From the human T2T-CHM13v2.0 reference genome, Homo sapiens: a DNA stretch of 64,000 bases. Both the position numbers and the translations under genes were made by a program. Below the pieces are notes generated by a model. The model saw nothing but the letters and a program-made list of their open reading frames with translations, ran no database searches and was not told where the DNA came from. Below are positions 1 through 16,779 of the stretch, piece after piece; the first letter of the stretch is position 1, and each line of letters starts with the position of its first letter. The stretch lies in assembly GCF_009914755.1 (NCBI RefSeq), contig NC_060926.1; one strand, written 5' to 3'.

Positions 1-100
1 CAGTCTTTCAGCCTTCAGGTTGCTTTAGGCTTGAAGGTGAGGTTTCACCGGGGACTCTACCCTATCTGCCTAGGTATTTGTCTGCCTCCAGCCTCTATCA
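1..100 (-). mobile_element. End of an ERV1-class LTR (MER52-like), continuing upstream of the window
   Basis: Reverse complement begins TGATAGAGGCTGGAGGCAGACAAATACCTAGGCAGATAGGG...CCCCGGTGAAACC, a recalled MER52/LTR27-type 5' end. Confidence 0.6.
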
Positions 101-228
101 ATATGGTACTACAAATAGAAGGAAGAAAAAAAAGTCAAATCACACCTTAGGAAATTACAGCCTAGTAGCATCAGTAAAAATGGTACTGTTAGTCATGTCA
201 TGAAATAGACGTAAAATTGAAGGTTGAT

Positions 229-542
<314 letters not shown>

Positions 543-1048
543 TGATTGCTTTCAAGTTGGAAAGTGCATTGTGAAACACTCAAAGATGTTGCTGGGATTA
601 TTTAGTTCTTTTGATACTATATAAATAAATGACAGAGTAACACCATAGTTATATGATTGGAACTCAAGAAATATTAAATGATAGGATTGAAAAGAGTTAT
701 ATGAGTCATTTGTCCAGAATTTATAAAATTTTTTTCTGTATCCCAATGGAATAAATTTAAACTATGTATATTCTCTGAAATAGTCTTCCAGTTTGCCCAA
801 CATGCTTGCTCTCCTGACTAGATATTAGCTAAAAATTAACAAAACAGTCTTTTCTCCTGTTACTGTGTGGTAAAGATGTAAAACCCTTTTTGCCAGCAGG
901 GCTGCCCTCTACTGGACTATTTAAGGTATTCAGTGAGCAGGTCAATATGACTATTTTACAAGAAGGTAACACAGTGGGTATAAATGTAAACATCCCATAT
1001 CCCAAACAAACTGAAGTTCCCTGAATAGTTAAAAAAAAAAGCCCTTTA

Positions 1049-1421
<373 letters not shown>

Positions 1422-1727
1422 TTATATGGTCTTAGTCTCCATTTCAACCTTGGAGGCAGATCTGTGGCAATGAGAATAGTAATGTATAGGAACGGTGGGT
1501 CTGCTCTGATGTCAGTCTTTTATGATGATTTGTATATTAATACAAATCACGTTTTTGTGAGTCCATTCATGCTGTGGATGTTTTCTTAGGCATTAGCATA
1601 GGTCATAGTGGACACATACTGAATAGGTCATATCTGTTAAGGCTCTTGCTACAAAGCATCAAAACTTTTCAGAACTATTTCCTCTGTGAAAATTCATTTT
1701 AAGTAGCAAGTTGTTTTTTTCTGTGGT

Positions 1728-2143
1728 TCATTCCCATGCCTGAGATTTGCAGTAATGTAGAACTAGTTTACCATCACTGCTGAAACACTCATAGAAGGTT
1801 CCAAATTCCTGGTCCAGGGAAAGAGCAAAAGCCTGACTCACATAAATAAACAACTGAGGTTGCAAGTTTAAGGAACTTTTTTGATGAAGTCAAGGAGTCT
1901 TTGGATGGTTCGAGTTCACTCTACTGCCTGCTTCTTTGTTTTCATAATAGGAACATGTCCCACAGCCTTTAGTAGGATGTCAGAATTTTCTTGATGTTGC
2001 CAGCAGGATCCTGTGTCCCAGGAAACTACAGTGGAATAAGGGGGGTCTGAGGTGCTTGCTTTGGGGAGACCTCTAGAGTAAGTCCTTTGCTGCCAGCAGC
2101 AGTTAAGGGAGGTAGCTGTGACATTGTCTTCAGCTTCTGCCAT
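1728..2143 (-). pseudogene. Processed pseudogene of ATG12 (coding part); probably the locus annotated as ATG12P2
   Basis: Minus-strand translation gives caagATG MAE..., ...[34 protein letters not shown] / FLKL / [42 protein letters not shown]. This matches human ATG12 ([35 protein letters not shown]...[11 protein letters not shown]). Intronless, with frameshifts and a premature TGA. Confidence 0.93.
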
Positions 2144-2259
2144 CTTGTTAGGTCCCAGGTGAGATTTTGAAAAGGATTGTTCAGGGGTGGTAAGAGCTCA
2201 AACAGGCCTGCCTCAGCCTCACGATAAGCCACTGCATCTGGCTAATTTTTTTATATATG

Positions 2260-2549
<290 letters not shown>

Positions 2550-2939
2550 TGATATTATTTTTAATTCAAAAACAAACATGCAAAATTAAATTTTAGTGAG
2601 AGAACTTAGTTGGATAACATCTTTCTTCTGGGTTATTAGGGTATGTTTATTCTTTGCAACTCTGATGTTCTAGGTGTAGCAAGACCGTTTGTTTTCATTT
2701 TGCCATTTTCCTGTACAGAAAGCTTTAATGTCTCCCCATGACCTTTATGGCAAAAACCAAATTCCCTCGACCAGTCTTTGGATTACTACACAATACATTG
2801 TCAAAGAAAATAGCCTGGAATGGTGAACAGAGCCTGAGGCTCAGTTGGGAGTCCTGACTTCTCATCAGCTGTGCATGAGCAAATTTGGAGGTGTTCCTTA
2901 ACTTGTAAAATCGATTTGGATTTTTGGTATTTTAAGCAT

Positions 2940-4500
<1,561 letters not shown>

Positions 4501-4566
4501 GGATTTGGAGCTGGGTAGGGTTAACTAGTTACTAGTTAGCTTCAGTTTTGTTTCTTCAAGAATGAT

Positions 4567-4860
<294 letters not shown>

Positions 4861-4879
4861 GGTATTATTACCCACCTGC

Positions 4880-5240
4880 CACACAATGGCTGTTCCCCTC
4901 TGCCCGGAGTGCTCTTTCTTACCCAAATAGGCACATGGTACGCTCTCTCTTCCTTATGAGTCTCTGTTCAGATATCACTTAGCTGTAGCACCTCTCCAAC
5001 GTTGCCCCAGTCACTTTCTATTTTCCTTACCTGGGTTTATTTTCCTCATAACATTTATCACCATCTGGCACGTACACATGCATGCATGCATACCTACATA
5101 TTTGCTTGTCTACCTCTCCCAGTGAACGTGTAGGTTGCACGAGAGCGGGAACTTAGGCCGTTTTGTTTACTGTTACTTTCGCAGTGCTTAGAACGATATC
5201 TAACATAGTGGATTTTCAATAAATCTGATGAATGCAAAGT
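4880..5240 (+). mobile_element. L2 3' fragment
   Basis: ctgttcccctctgcccggagtgctc...cagtgcttagaac...caataaat...gatgaatg L2-like tail. Confidence 0.6.
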
Positions 5241-5853
5241 ACAGAATGACCAAAGTATACTGCTTTCTTGCGTCATAGTTTAACCTAACTTGAAAACTAT
5301 CTGTAGAGCCATTGTGGAAAATGAATTTTTTGTGTTTGCAAACTCCAGTTGCTTGTTGCTGACTAGAGTGAGAATGGGGCTCACAGGGAAGGAATGTGGT
5401 GATTATTTGGCAGTGGCTGCTGGGGCTGTGAGAGAGGATGGATGTGTTGTATTTGTAAAGTACTTGCCATCCCTAATGCAGTGAGATGCTAAAGCACAGG
5501 AAATGGGTAAATTTTTGGTCTTCCCCCAACCCTCTTTCTGACTTGCTCCCTTTTTACTACTGGGAAATGTTTGTGGATACTTAAGGTTTTGGTTGGAACA
5601 GCCGCCTGTTTACAGTATGATGTGGAAACTTTTCTTGTAATTCCGTTGTTAATAGATATTGTACAAATGAGTCTCTTAGAAATATCAAGACATTGTAGGG
5701 GACCAGTGTGGTAGCTGCTGCCTGATAGAAAAAAAAAAATCTTCATTTGCCGATGTAACTTTTCTTTAAATTATTTTAAAATGATTTTGAACTAACGCCT
5801 TTCTTTTTCTTCCTCCTAGATTCTCGCTGAAGTCTGTTAATTCTACTTTTTGA

Positions 5854-6243
<390 letters not shown>

Positions 6244-6727
6244 TGATCTTTCATTGCCTTTGAATTCTTTCGAATAAAATATCCTGTTAGAAATGAAGTA
6301 AAGGGCAAGCACAGCCTGCCTCCATTAGAATTCGCTGTTGAAGGAGAAGCAGTGTAGGAAGGGGGCTAGACTACCTTCTAATTTCTTCCTGTACTTACCA
6401 GCACTGATATGTTCTGAGTTTTCAGAAGGACATCGCAACCCAGTGGTGTGGAGCTCTTCCCCAGTGTCTACCAGGGTTTGGAATGTCTAGGGCAGTTTTG
6501 AGTATGAAACCATACTCCCTGTCTCTAGAGCAGCTGGGTGCTGGAAATGGCTCCAGGTTTTGGGGTGGGACCTGCTGTGTTAAATGTGGCTTAGATGTGG
6601 GTTGCAGTGAGTGCTTCATGTCTTTGTACTTTGGCTGTGGCAGTTGCATGGTTCTTAAAACATTTCTTTTCAGAAATATGGAGAAACCTGCCATTGTTGA
6701 TTTGAAACAACGGGCAAGATGTTCTTA

Positions 6728-7205
6728 GAGGCAGTGTAACAGCGATTAAGAGCCTGGACTCCAGACCCAGACTATAGGTCTGAATCTTGGCTTTGCCACT
6801 TAACTGGCTTTCTGACCCTGGAAAAGTAGGTTAACTAATTCGCCTCAGTTTCTTTTTCTGTAATATGAAGATAATGATCATTACTGACACTCAAGAGCCA
6901 AGCTGTTCTAAGAGCTTTACATATATCATCTTAAGACTCACAGTTACCCTATGAGTTAGTTGTTATTATTTTCACTTTACAGATGACAGCACTGAGGCAC
7001 AGATAGTTGAGGTAACCTACCCCAGGGACACTACAGCTAGGGAAGCTGGGACTGGAATCCAGGCCTTCTGGCTCCAGAACTCATACCCTCCATTCTTCAC
7101 TGATCACAGCTTTCATGCTTGTGAGGATTGAGTGTGTGTGTATATATCTGCAATGTGCTTAGAACAATTTGTGGCACTTAATGTAAATGCTCTAGCTTTT
7201 ATTAT
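6728..7205. mobile_element. MIR (+) with an antisense MIR (~6880-7090) nested inside
   Basis: gcctcagtttctttttctgtaatatg on +; ttacagatgacagcactgaggcacaga on -; the + MIR resumes at ttgtgaggattgag. Confidence 0.65.
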
Positions 7206-7793
7206 TAGATTACTATTATCTTGAGAATTCAATGAGGAAAATTATAGTAGAAAATTCAATGAGGAAAATTAGATCATGGAATAGTGTGTTTCACTGGTAG
7301 TATAGAAATGGCGTGAGAATGCCGTTTATGAACTTGGATATGTGACTTCCTTATGAGCAGTTCTTGAAACTCTAGTAAGTTAAAAATTGAAGATAAAGTA
7401 TTTTTTAGAGGGGGTACAGTGAAGTGATGTGTAGTTGGTTGATAATTTGGTTAGGTAATAGGTTTAATATCTTTTAACCATTTCCAGCTACTTTGATCCC
7501 CAACTGGCTTTTTTTCCTGTCAGTTACAAGGAAACCGTCAACTCTTGAAGGAGAGTCCAAATAACTGCAACTATGGAATGAAAAACTCAGAGCTCCTCTT
7601 TTACTGGAGGGCCAGAGGGATGTTGCTTAACCTCCTCTATATATGGCCCATTAATTTTGCCACTTAAACAAATTTCATACATCATTTTCCTCAAAACATG
7701 AAGGAGATGCCAAGCAAGTTGATGTCAGTAATTCCTAGAAACTAAAAACATTTTAACTCGACAACAGAATATGTAAATTTCCTCACGTTTAAA

Positions 7794-7917
7794 TAGAGTA
7801 GTTGTGTATCTTGTTTTATCTGAAACCATCCTGATTTATACTTGTTGCTGTGACATTAATAGTGCCCCCTTACAGTCTCAAAAGTGCCCTAGTTTGGATA
7901 GTTATGTGGTCACCTTA
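7794..7917 (-). mobile_element. MER94-like hAT MITE
   Basis: taatagtgccccct...ctcaaaagtg...gtttgga...tggtcacctta matches the recalled MER94. Confidence 0.6.
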
Positions 7918-8132
7918 TTTTTAAGACATATTCCCTATTTCTTTTGCAGACTTAGAAAAAACTGAATTTTTTTCTATTTAAGATCTCGCTGAAGTTAATA
8001 GCACATTTCTAGAAATTGAAATCATGAGTTAAGCATGTTTGATTTTTCTTTTCCAGCCTATGGATTGTAATTTCCAAAACATTTTATCATAATGAAGTTT
8101 GCTTTTGTCATATTTACATATCTGGCACTGCC

Positions 8133-8435
<303 letters not shown>

Positions 8436-10794
8436 AGCACAGCTTTTTATGGCACTCTGTTCTTGAGTCTGTTTTTGAGAAATGGGGTAGTTATGAGAAG
8501 GTACTGAAAACAGTACATTTTTATGTGCAAAAGTTTTCTACTTTTCTATCTGCTTATAGATTCATTTTTTTGTCTTTGATATGCTATTTGAATTCAAAGG
8601 TTGGATTCTCTTTTAGTCTAAGCATATATACAGAAGTCTTATGTTTCAGGAAGCTTCGTTTTTCTCCGGTATCCCACACATATTTTATTCATTTTAATGT
8701 GGCTAGTATTGTCTTTCAGTCGTCATTCGGTATGTACAGCAGCAAACTAGTTCTCAATTGTGTAAAAAGAAGAAAAGCTTATGTGGTGAATATGAAATTT
8801 CTTCCTAATTCGTGTATCAGTATAACTGGACAAAATAAAATCCTAGAGCTATGATAGTTGTTTCCTAAATGTGCGTGTGTAAGTGTATGTGGCTCTTTCC
8901 TGCTTATCTTAACCATAGTGCCTTTGTATTCAATGATTATTCAACAAAGTATGAAGTATTTGAACTCATAAAAGTTAGGTGAGACAGACTGTTTTTTAGC
9001 AACTTTTTCTGTCTATAGTTCATTACTGTGAAGTTTTATTTAGTTAGTAAAAGGAGGTTTTGAATTTCTATATGTCAGAAGATCTGCCTACTAGCATTTG
9101 CTATGAAATTGGCATTTGTGGTTCATCAAACTTTGTTCAGAAGGCTGTGTCTAGACTGTGTCTTGGGAATATGTTATAGTTTTCTTTAGGTTCATTGGGA
9201 AAGTAGAATTAATTTTTAGATTTTGCATATAATAAATGAAACAAGTAGTTTCTCTTGGCCATACTCAAGAAGAAAGTGTGCAGTGTCGCTGGTTAGCTGA
9301 GGCTTTAGTTTCTGTTCATTCTGTGTTGCAGCTGTGGCAGTGATCTGCAGACTGCAGAGTGGGTATCTCAGCTGCATGTTAAACATGCTAGGCCTTTTTC
9401 GTTTTCCCCTCTCTTGGTTTCTTGTTACACCCATTGCATTGCATCAGTAGCAGCATCTGCCTAGGGTGTTGAAAAGGGGAACTTTCACAACTGGTGGGTT
9501 AAGCTGTGTACTTTCTGCTATTAGTGCCTGCTAGCTGATCAAGCTCAGTGAAGTGTGTCTTCATTAAATAGTTTCCATATTTGAAGATAATCTTCAACTG
9601 GAAAAGAAAACGAATGTTGTAGCAATATTTAAAATATTTTTTGAGTAAGACTTTTGGGGATTAACCCCAGAATGTTGTATCTGATATGGTTGAAGGAAAG
9701 ATGCACAAGCCTTATTTCAAATTAATGAACTTTGAAGCTTTGTTTCCATCTTATCCCAACAGTCTATTTTGAGGTCCTGAGGGGAGGATGAGTGGATGAA
9801 AAAAGGCAGTGGCGATGACCCTGCTCTCGTTGTGTCCAAGGTAGAGTAGCCACCAGCTTCACTACGACCAGATTCTTCCTTGGGGGACAGAAAAATAAAA
9901 GGCACTTGGTTGCTTGGCAGGCCTTTTCAGGGTCCTTTTAAGTTTCATATGGTTTTATAAAACTGTAGCAGAGTTAAGAGCTGGAACCTGTGTCAGCATC
10001 ACCTGATTCCAGTGTTCCCAGCAGTAAATGCATTGCACTAACGTCGTCTTGAAATGAACAGTGAAATGATTTCAGGACAACTTTAAAATACATGTATACC
10101 TGAAATAGAACAAAGCTGCAAAGACTAAAAATAGAAACAGAAAAGAGTACAAGCTGGCTCATATACTTTGTGAGCCATCAGAAACACTTGATTTTTTCTT
10201 AGATATTTTATAAAAATAAGAAGAGAATGAGGGATTATGTAATATGGTGCTTAGAGAAGACTTCACTATGACATTCCTTCTAAATTGATCCAAAAAGATA
10301 ATAGAAACACTCATTTATGTCCTTGTAAGTTGACTTAGCTTTCTTTTCCTCTTTCTTAATGCCGTCTTTTGTGTTATTTCTTAGTCACATTTTTTTACCC
10401 TGTTTGTGTATGTGTATAAAACTTATTTTCTGATTTATTAGGACATTTGCATCATGCTATATGTAACAAATTATGGTCAGTCTCTTGGCTGGGATTTGTG
10501 GGTTGGTTATTATATTACTCTTCTCTTAGTTTCCCCTTCCAAACTGTCCCTCTCCTTTCATCCTATTTATTAAAGGCACTGCTGCATACCAAATTGTTGA
10601 AGCCAAAAAATCAGGGGTGTCTGATTTACATCCCTTACAGCCTCCCCCCGCCTTTTTTTTAGCAGGCCTCCTTGCTTCCACACTTGCCCCCAACTGTAAT
10701 TCACTCACACACAGCATAAAAATGATTTTTCACAATTGTTAATCAGGCCACCTTACTCACCTGCTTAATAAGACCCGGACTTCTTTCTACAGTG

Positions 10795-11060
10795 CAGTTG
10801 AAGCATTGTGATTTTATGCTTAATCTCTGGAATGAGTTTGCCTGGGTTCATATTCTAGTCCCATTACTTATTAGTTACATGATTTTGAACAAGTTATATT
10901 TACTCTACATCTCCATATTCTCATGTGTAAAATAGGGATAATAATAGTAACAGTTTTTTACAGGTATGGTAAGAGTTTAATAAGTTAACACTTGCCGTGT
11001 CCTTAGCATGTAGTAAGCACTAATAAAGGTTAGTTACCCTCGTTATCATTATCATGATTA
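10795..11060 (+). mobile_element. MIR
   Basis: cctgggttcata...ctcatgtgtaaaatagggataataatagta...tagtaagcactaataaa. Confidence 0.65.
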
Positions 11061-11309
11061 TTACAACTATCCAGATCTCTTGAATATTTTTACTCTGTGG
11101 CTCCCCTCAGAATAATTTTTTCATAGTGATCTTCAGTTGCAGAGAGAATGGTTAAATGAAGCCAGGTGTACTTTACTGAAGAAGACAGGAATGTGTGTAA
11201 TTTTGAAATATTTCTAAATAGTGAAAGTAAAACAAGTCCTAGTGCTTAAAGAGGTTTTCAGTAGGAGACAAGATTACCACCTGTAAGTAGAGAGAAGGAA
11301 GGGTGGAAG

Positions 11310-11319
11310 GTGTGTGTGT

Positions 11320-11357
<38 letters not shown>
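11310..11357. repeat. (GT)n microsatellite in place of an Alu tail
   Basis: Interrupted GT run directly abutting an antisense Alu. Confidence 0.95.
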
Positions 11358-11359
<2 letters not shown>

Positions 11360-11640
11360 TTTGAGACAGGGTCTCACTCTTGCCCAGGCTGGAGTGTAGT
11401 GGTATGATCATAGCTCTCTGCAGCCTTGAGTTCCTGGGGTCAGGTGATCCTTTTGCCTCAGCCTCCTAGGTAGCTGGGACAACAGGCATGTACTGCACGT
11501 CTGGCTAATTTTTACACTTTTTTAGACATGGGGTCTTGCTGTGTTGCCCAGGCTGGTCTCGAATTCCTGGCCTCAAATGAGTTGCCTGTCTCAGCCTTCC
11601 AAAGTGTTGAGATTACAGGCATGAGCCAGTGCACCTGCCC
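11358..11640 (-). mobile_element. Alu (AluJ-like)
   Basis: Antisense Alu consensus. Confidence 0.9.
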
Positions 11641-12419
11641 AGAGGAGGCTATTTGAATAGAGAGAAGGTTTCAGAGGTATTTCAGAGGGTGAGAAAACGA
11701 ATAGACCAGGGATGTATGATAGGATTGCTTCAGGGTGTTGAGGTCCTAGATTTAATAAGGTTGGCTGTTCTGCAGCAGTGTTCAATGATATTGGCAAGGA
11801 ATAAATAGTTTAATCTTGTCTTGGGCTAGCCATAGGGACAAAGTTAGGATTAGAAACTTTTCCAGCACAAATCAGATACAATATAGAGTGGGTAGTGTCC
11901 TCTAAATGTAATATTTATGAAAAACATAATTACTAGATGATTCAGTGGTTTAAAGAATTAAAATCATGAGATTCAGATTTCGTTTTATATTTTATTTTTT
12001 ACATATGTGGAAATCTTACGCTCATTTGATTCCTTTGCCACATGGTGGCATCATTGCATGAGTTTACATATTTAGATTATATATCAAACACCTTTTCAGA
12101 ACACACATAGTCTTTGAAATTTATAAATCCTGTCACTTACATATTAGAATCTGGAAGGTAGTGCATTCTTAACCTTTAGAGTGTAAAATTCTTAATAATT
12201 ATAATCCAGTTCCTGCACATTTTGGCCAAGTTGTCATCTGTCTTCTAACCCTCACAGAGCTCCTTTTGAAGTCATTGGAGCTCCCTGTGCTGAGCATTTC
12301 ATGGGGGTAAAGAGCAAGGTGAGAGTTTGGGACCAGTAAAGTAAATAAGTACCATCTTAAATGCAGTTGCTTTATCCATCAAAATAAAAATTTATTTCTT
12401 AAATGCGTAATTGCATGGG

Positions 12420-12435
12420 ACACTAGATGGCAGCA
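12420..12435 (+). promoter_or_regulatory. Candidate CTCF site ACACTAGATGGCAGCA
   Basis: One mismatch to the CCACYAGRKGGCRS core. Confidence 0.5.
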
Positions 12436-13373
12436 TTTATCCTTTTCCGTTTTTATCCAACCTCTTCTAGAAATTTCTTAAATGTTTACATTTATAAAAT
12501 GAACATGGTCAGATGATTTTAAGGTGTTTGAGATGTATATTACTGACACAGCCATGTTTGGGAATTAATTACCTATATATTTTTGCAGAGAGAGGAGCTT
12601 TTTATACAGTCCGTATGTAATTAGGGATTTATGGTTTTGTCTAAGTTGAGGAAAATTTCTAAAGACAATATGTTAAAAAACTTCAAAAGGGAGTTTTTAC
12701 TAATGCATATTTGGTATTACCAGCACTTACGATAAACAGATAAAATATTGAAAACCTGGCGGTGCCAGTAAGCATTTAAGGCTTGAATAGAGGGACTTTG
12801 AATAATATAACTAGTCCACCTGGTTATGTAAACAGAAACTTGTTTACTTTGCTTTTGCTTATCCAGAGTTTGGTATGGCAATTCAAGTTCAGCAATCATA
12901 AAGATTTCTGTTAGCTTGGATAGAGAAAGTTTCTGTGAATCATTTTATACCGTCTGATACTGACATTTAGGAATTCCTAAATAGAGAGAAATTAAAATTT
13001 TGGCATCTGCGGTACTTGGTACTAGGCTAAATATTAAGTTAACACCTACATCATTTAAATAGATGAAATTTATAAGTAGATTATTAGTGTATGACCATTT
13101 GGCCAGGCAGTTGACCTTTACGAGCCTATCAAACTCTCAATATTTTTGAAAACCAAAAATAAAGCCAAAAAACCCCCCAGTTACAATATAAGATTTGAGT
13201 TGTTATAGAAGATGTCACAAAATAGCTAATTTTTAAAATAGATTTTTCACTCAAACTCAGTTTCTGGCTTTTTATTAAAAAAATAATTCTATGCAAACGT
13301 AACTTTCTGGTTCATCATAACATTTGGACGATATTCTGGTTTCTTCTGTAAATTATTATTTTGATTACATTAA

Positions 13374-13580
<207 letters not shown>

Positions 13581-14157
13581 TAGACTTTCTTATCTTCTGG
13601 AAGAATGAACTTAACTGATATTTATTGAAATACTTTACTCTGAAGAGGTTAAAATTCTGATGTTAATTTTCACCCAGTGTCCAGTTAGTGGAGAACTCTG
13701 TTGTGACTTGGAATTTTTGGTTTATTTTGGAAAATAAATCAATTATATGACAAATTGTACCAATCAGTGTTGCAGTGAGGCTTGAACCTCTTCATGGGAG
13801 ACTTTCAGGTCTTGAGAACTAGACCTACACTTAGGGGCCGTTGTTCCAATACCATTTCTCAGGAATCCTCTTTAGAAGTTACTGTCAATTTTGTTCTGTC
13901 ACCTCTATCAGTAACAACAGTTGACCTCTGAAACACTTCCATACTGAAACCTGGTGAACTTCAAGGTGCAGGTTAAACAATAGAGTTTTCATATTGTAAT
14001 TATCTGAATGGTAATTGTGGTGGCTCAGTCTGTGAGATAGTTCTGGAAGCATAAGTTCAGAGGTCTCGGTGCCAAAATGTGACAGTAATTTGTGGATGTT
14101 TAGTCTCATCCTTCAGATGAAACAGAAAATACACTTTCACCAGATTTCTTGCTGTAA

Positions 14158-14467
<310 letters not shown>

Positions 14468-15093
14468 TCCTACACCTTTTCTTTTAAACAAACATTCCAT
14501 TTTTGTTGTCACAGGTTTGGATTTACATTGTTTCTTTTGAGGAGCTTTAAAAGAATTATTTTCAAAGTCATTTTGTGTATCTTTTTTGAGTTAGGCAGAA
14601 AGTAAATAAAAATCTACACTATTCATGTTATGTAATTTCAGCATTTCTGAGAATGTTTGTCTTTAGATATTTTTGCTTGAGAATAAACGGTACTGCCACT
14701 TGTTTGTGCTCTTTTCTTGACATACACTGTAAATCTGACATTCAGTGTGTCATCCTATTTGTATATGTTCTTTTTCACATTGTAAAGCCAAGTGGCCAAC
14801 AATTAAGAATTTGAAGTCTTAGAAATCAGTTATAATTCCTTCACAATGTGGTAGTCCCAGAGTAACATCTGTAAGTGAAACAAAATAAAAATTTAAATAT
14901 CTTCATCTTTAAAAATTGGAAATCTTGGGGCATTTAGGGGAGGATGAGTAGGTGTAATGTTGATTAGTATGATAAGATAACTTTAAAAAACATAACACTT
15001 ATAGACTGTGGATTTAACAGTTTAGGGCTCCTAATGCGTTATTATGATTCATCTCCACATTCAGAGACTTTACATTTGTAGTTAAATGTTTGA

Positions 15094-15255
<162 letters not shown>

Positions 15256-15704
15256 TAACTGTCTGATACTTTAGAATTTTCAGTGTCATGAGCCCTATTA
15301 TTGATACTTAGTTCTTTTATGACTTTTAAGTCCTTAATCTTTGTGGACTTTTATGAATATCATACTTTATTTTTTCCTTTAGAAAATAAAAAGTAGATTT
15401 TGTATATATTCATGTATAAGTAATCCAGAGTTATAAATTGTTAAGATGCCTATGTTTAAATTGAAGAAATTACGACTACTTTTTCTCTTATTGTGCTCAT
15501 CTATTTTCTAGTTTACTTTTAGTAAATTTGTAATTTTGAAGGGTTATATTTTAAACTAGTAATTTTTATTTTACTTCTGAAGCATTAAGTAATTACAAGT
15601 TTTCAGAATTGTTTGGAAGTTAAAAAGGGAGACTTTTAATTATATTACAGTAAAAAGAGGTTTCTTTGGTCTCTAGACAACTCCCAGAAATATCTGGGCT
15701 ATTC

Positions 15705-15802
15705 TATATGGGGGAAGGAGGAGAAAATTCACATGTAAACTTGTTCAAAAAGAAAATTTTGAACAAGTTTGCATGTGAATTTTCTCCTCCTTCCCCCATA
15801 TA
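15705..15802. repeat. Near-perfect inverted repeat (46-bp arms, 6-nt loop)
   Basis: Arms 15705-15750 and 15757-15802 are reverse complements apart from one T/G position. Confidence 0.97.
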
Positions 15803-16143
15803 TTTTTATGTAGTCTCTTGAAAATATGAGGGGCTTCTGGTTTCTCTACAGTTTAGGCAACCTGTGTTTACATGCCCGTTTTATAAGGCAGTACCCTTCT
15901 TGATCAGGGTTTTACCAAAGGCCAAGGGTACACACAGTGAATCTAATGCTATAAAATAATAATTTAAATTCAGACCAATACTTAATCATCTGTAAAAAGT
16001 GATATTATGCCAGTGTACCCTTTCTTCTTTCTTTTTTGAGGCAAGAAATTACTTAATGATTCACCGAATATGGTAAACTAGTATTCTTATTCGCTAAGCT
16101 GCTTGAAAAATAATGAACGTGATGAATGTTGGTGTATTTCTAG

Positions 16144-16401
<258 letters not shown>

Positions 16402-16779
16402 TAGGAAAACAGGTCCCTCTAGGTATACTGTCATCTTGTCTTTAAAGAAAGTTTTAAGGAAAAATATAAACATTAATTATTAATGTTTTAAAGGTAGTAT
16501 TTATTTGAAATTTAAAATATTTTACATTCAGTTTTCATTTCTTTTTTATGGTGATAGTTTTGGGTGGTTTAAAGTTAGTTTATAAATAATGACATTTATC
16601 TTGTCCTATGTGAATTACCTGTAAGTGTTAACAGAGTGGCTAAACCTGGAGGCCTCCTTTTACTCCCTGTTCCAGTTCTTCCCTTTCCTGAGGTGAAAAC
16701 CTTACCCTCCAACTAGCACACCTAGGCATGGTGACTCTACAAGTTCCTATTCTCAAAAAAGCGTCAGAAAATGTTAGCT

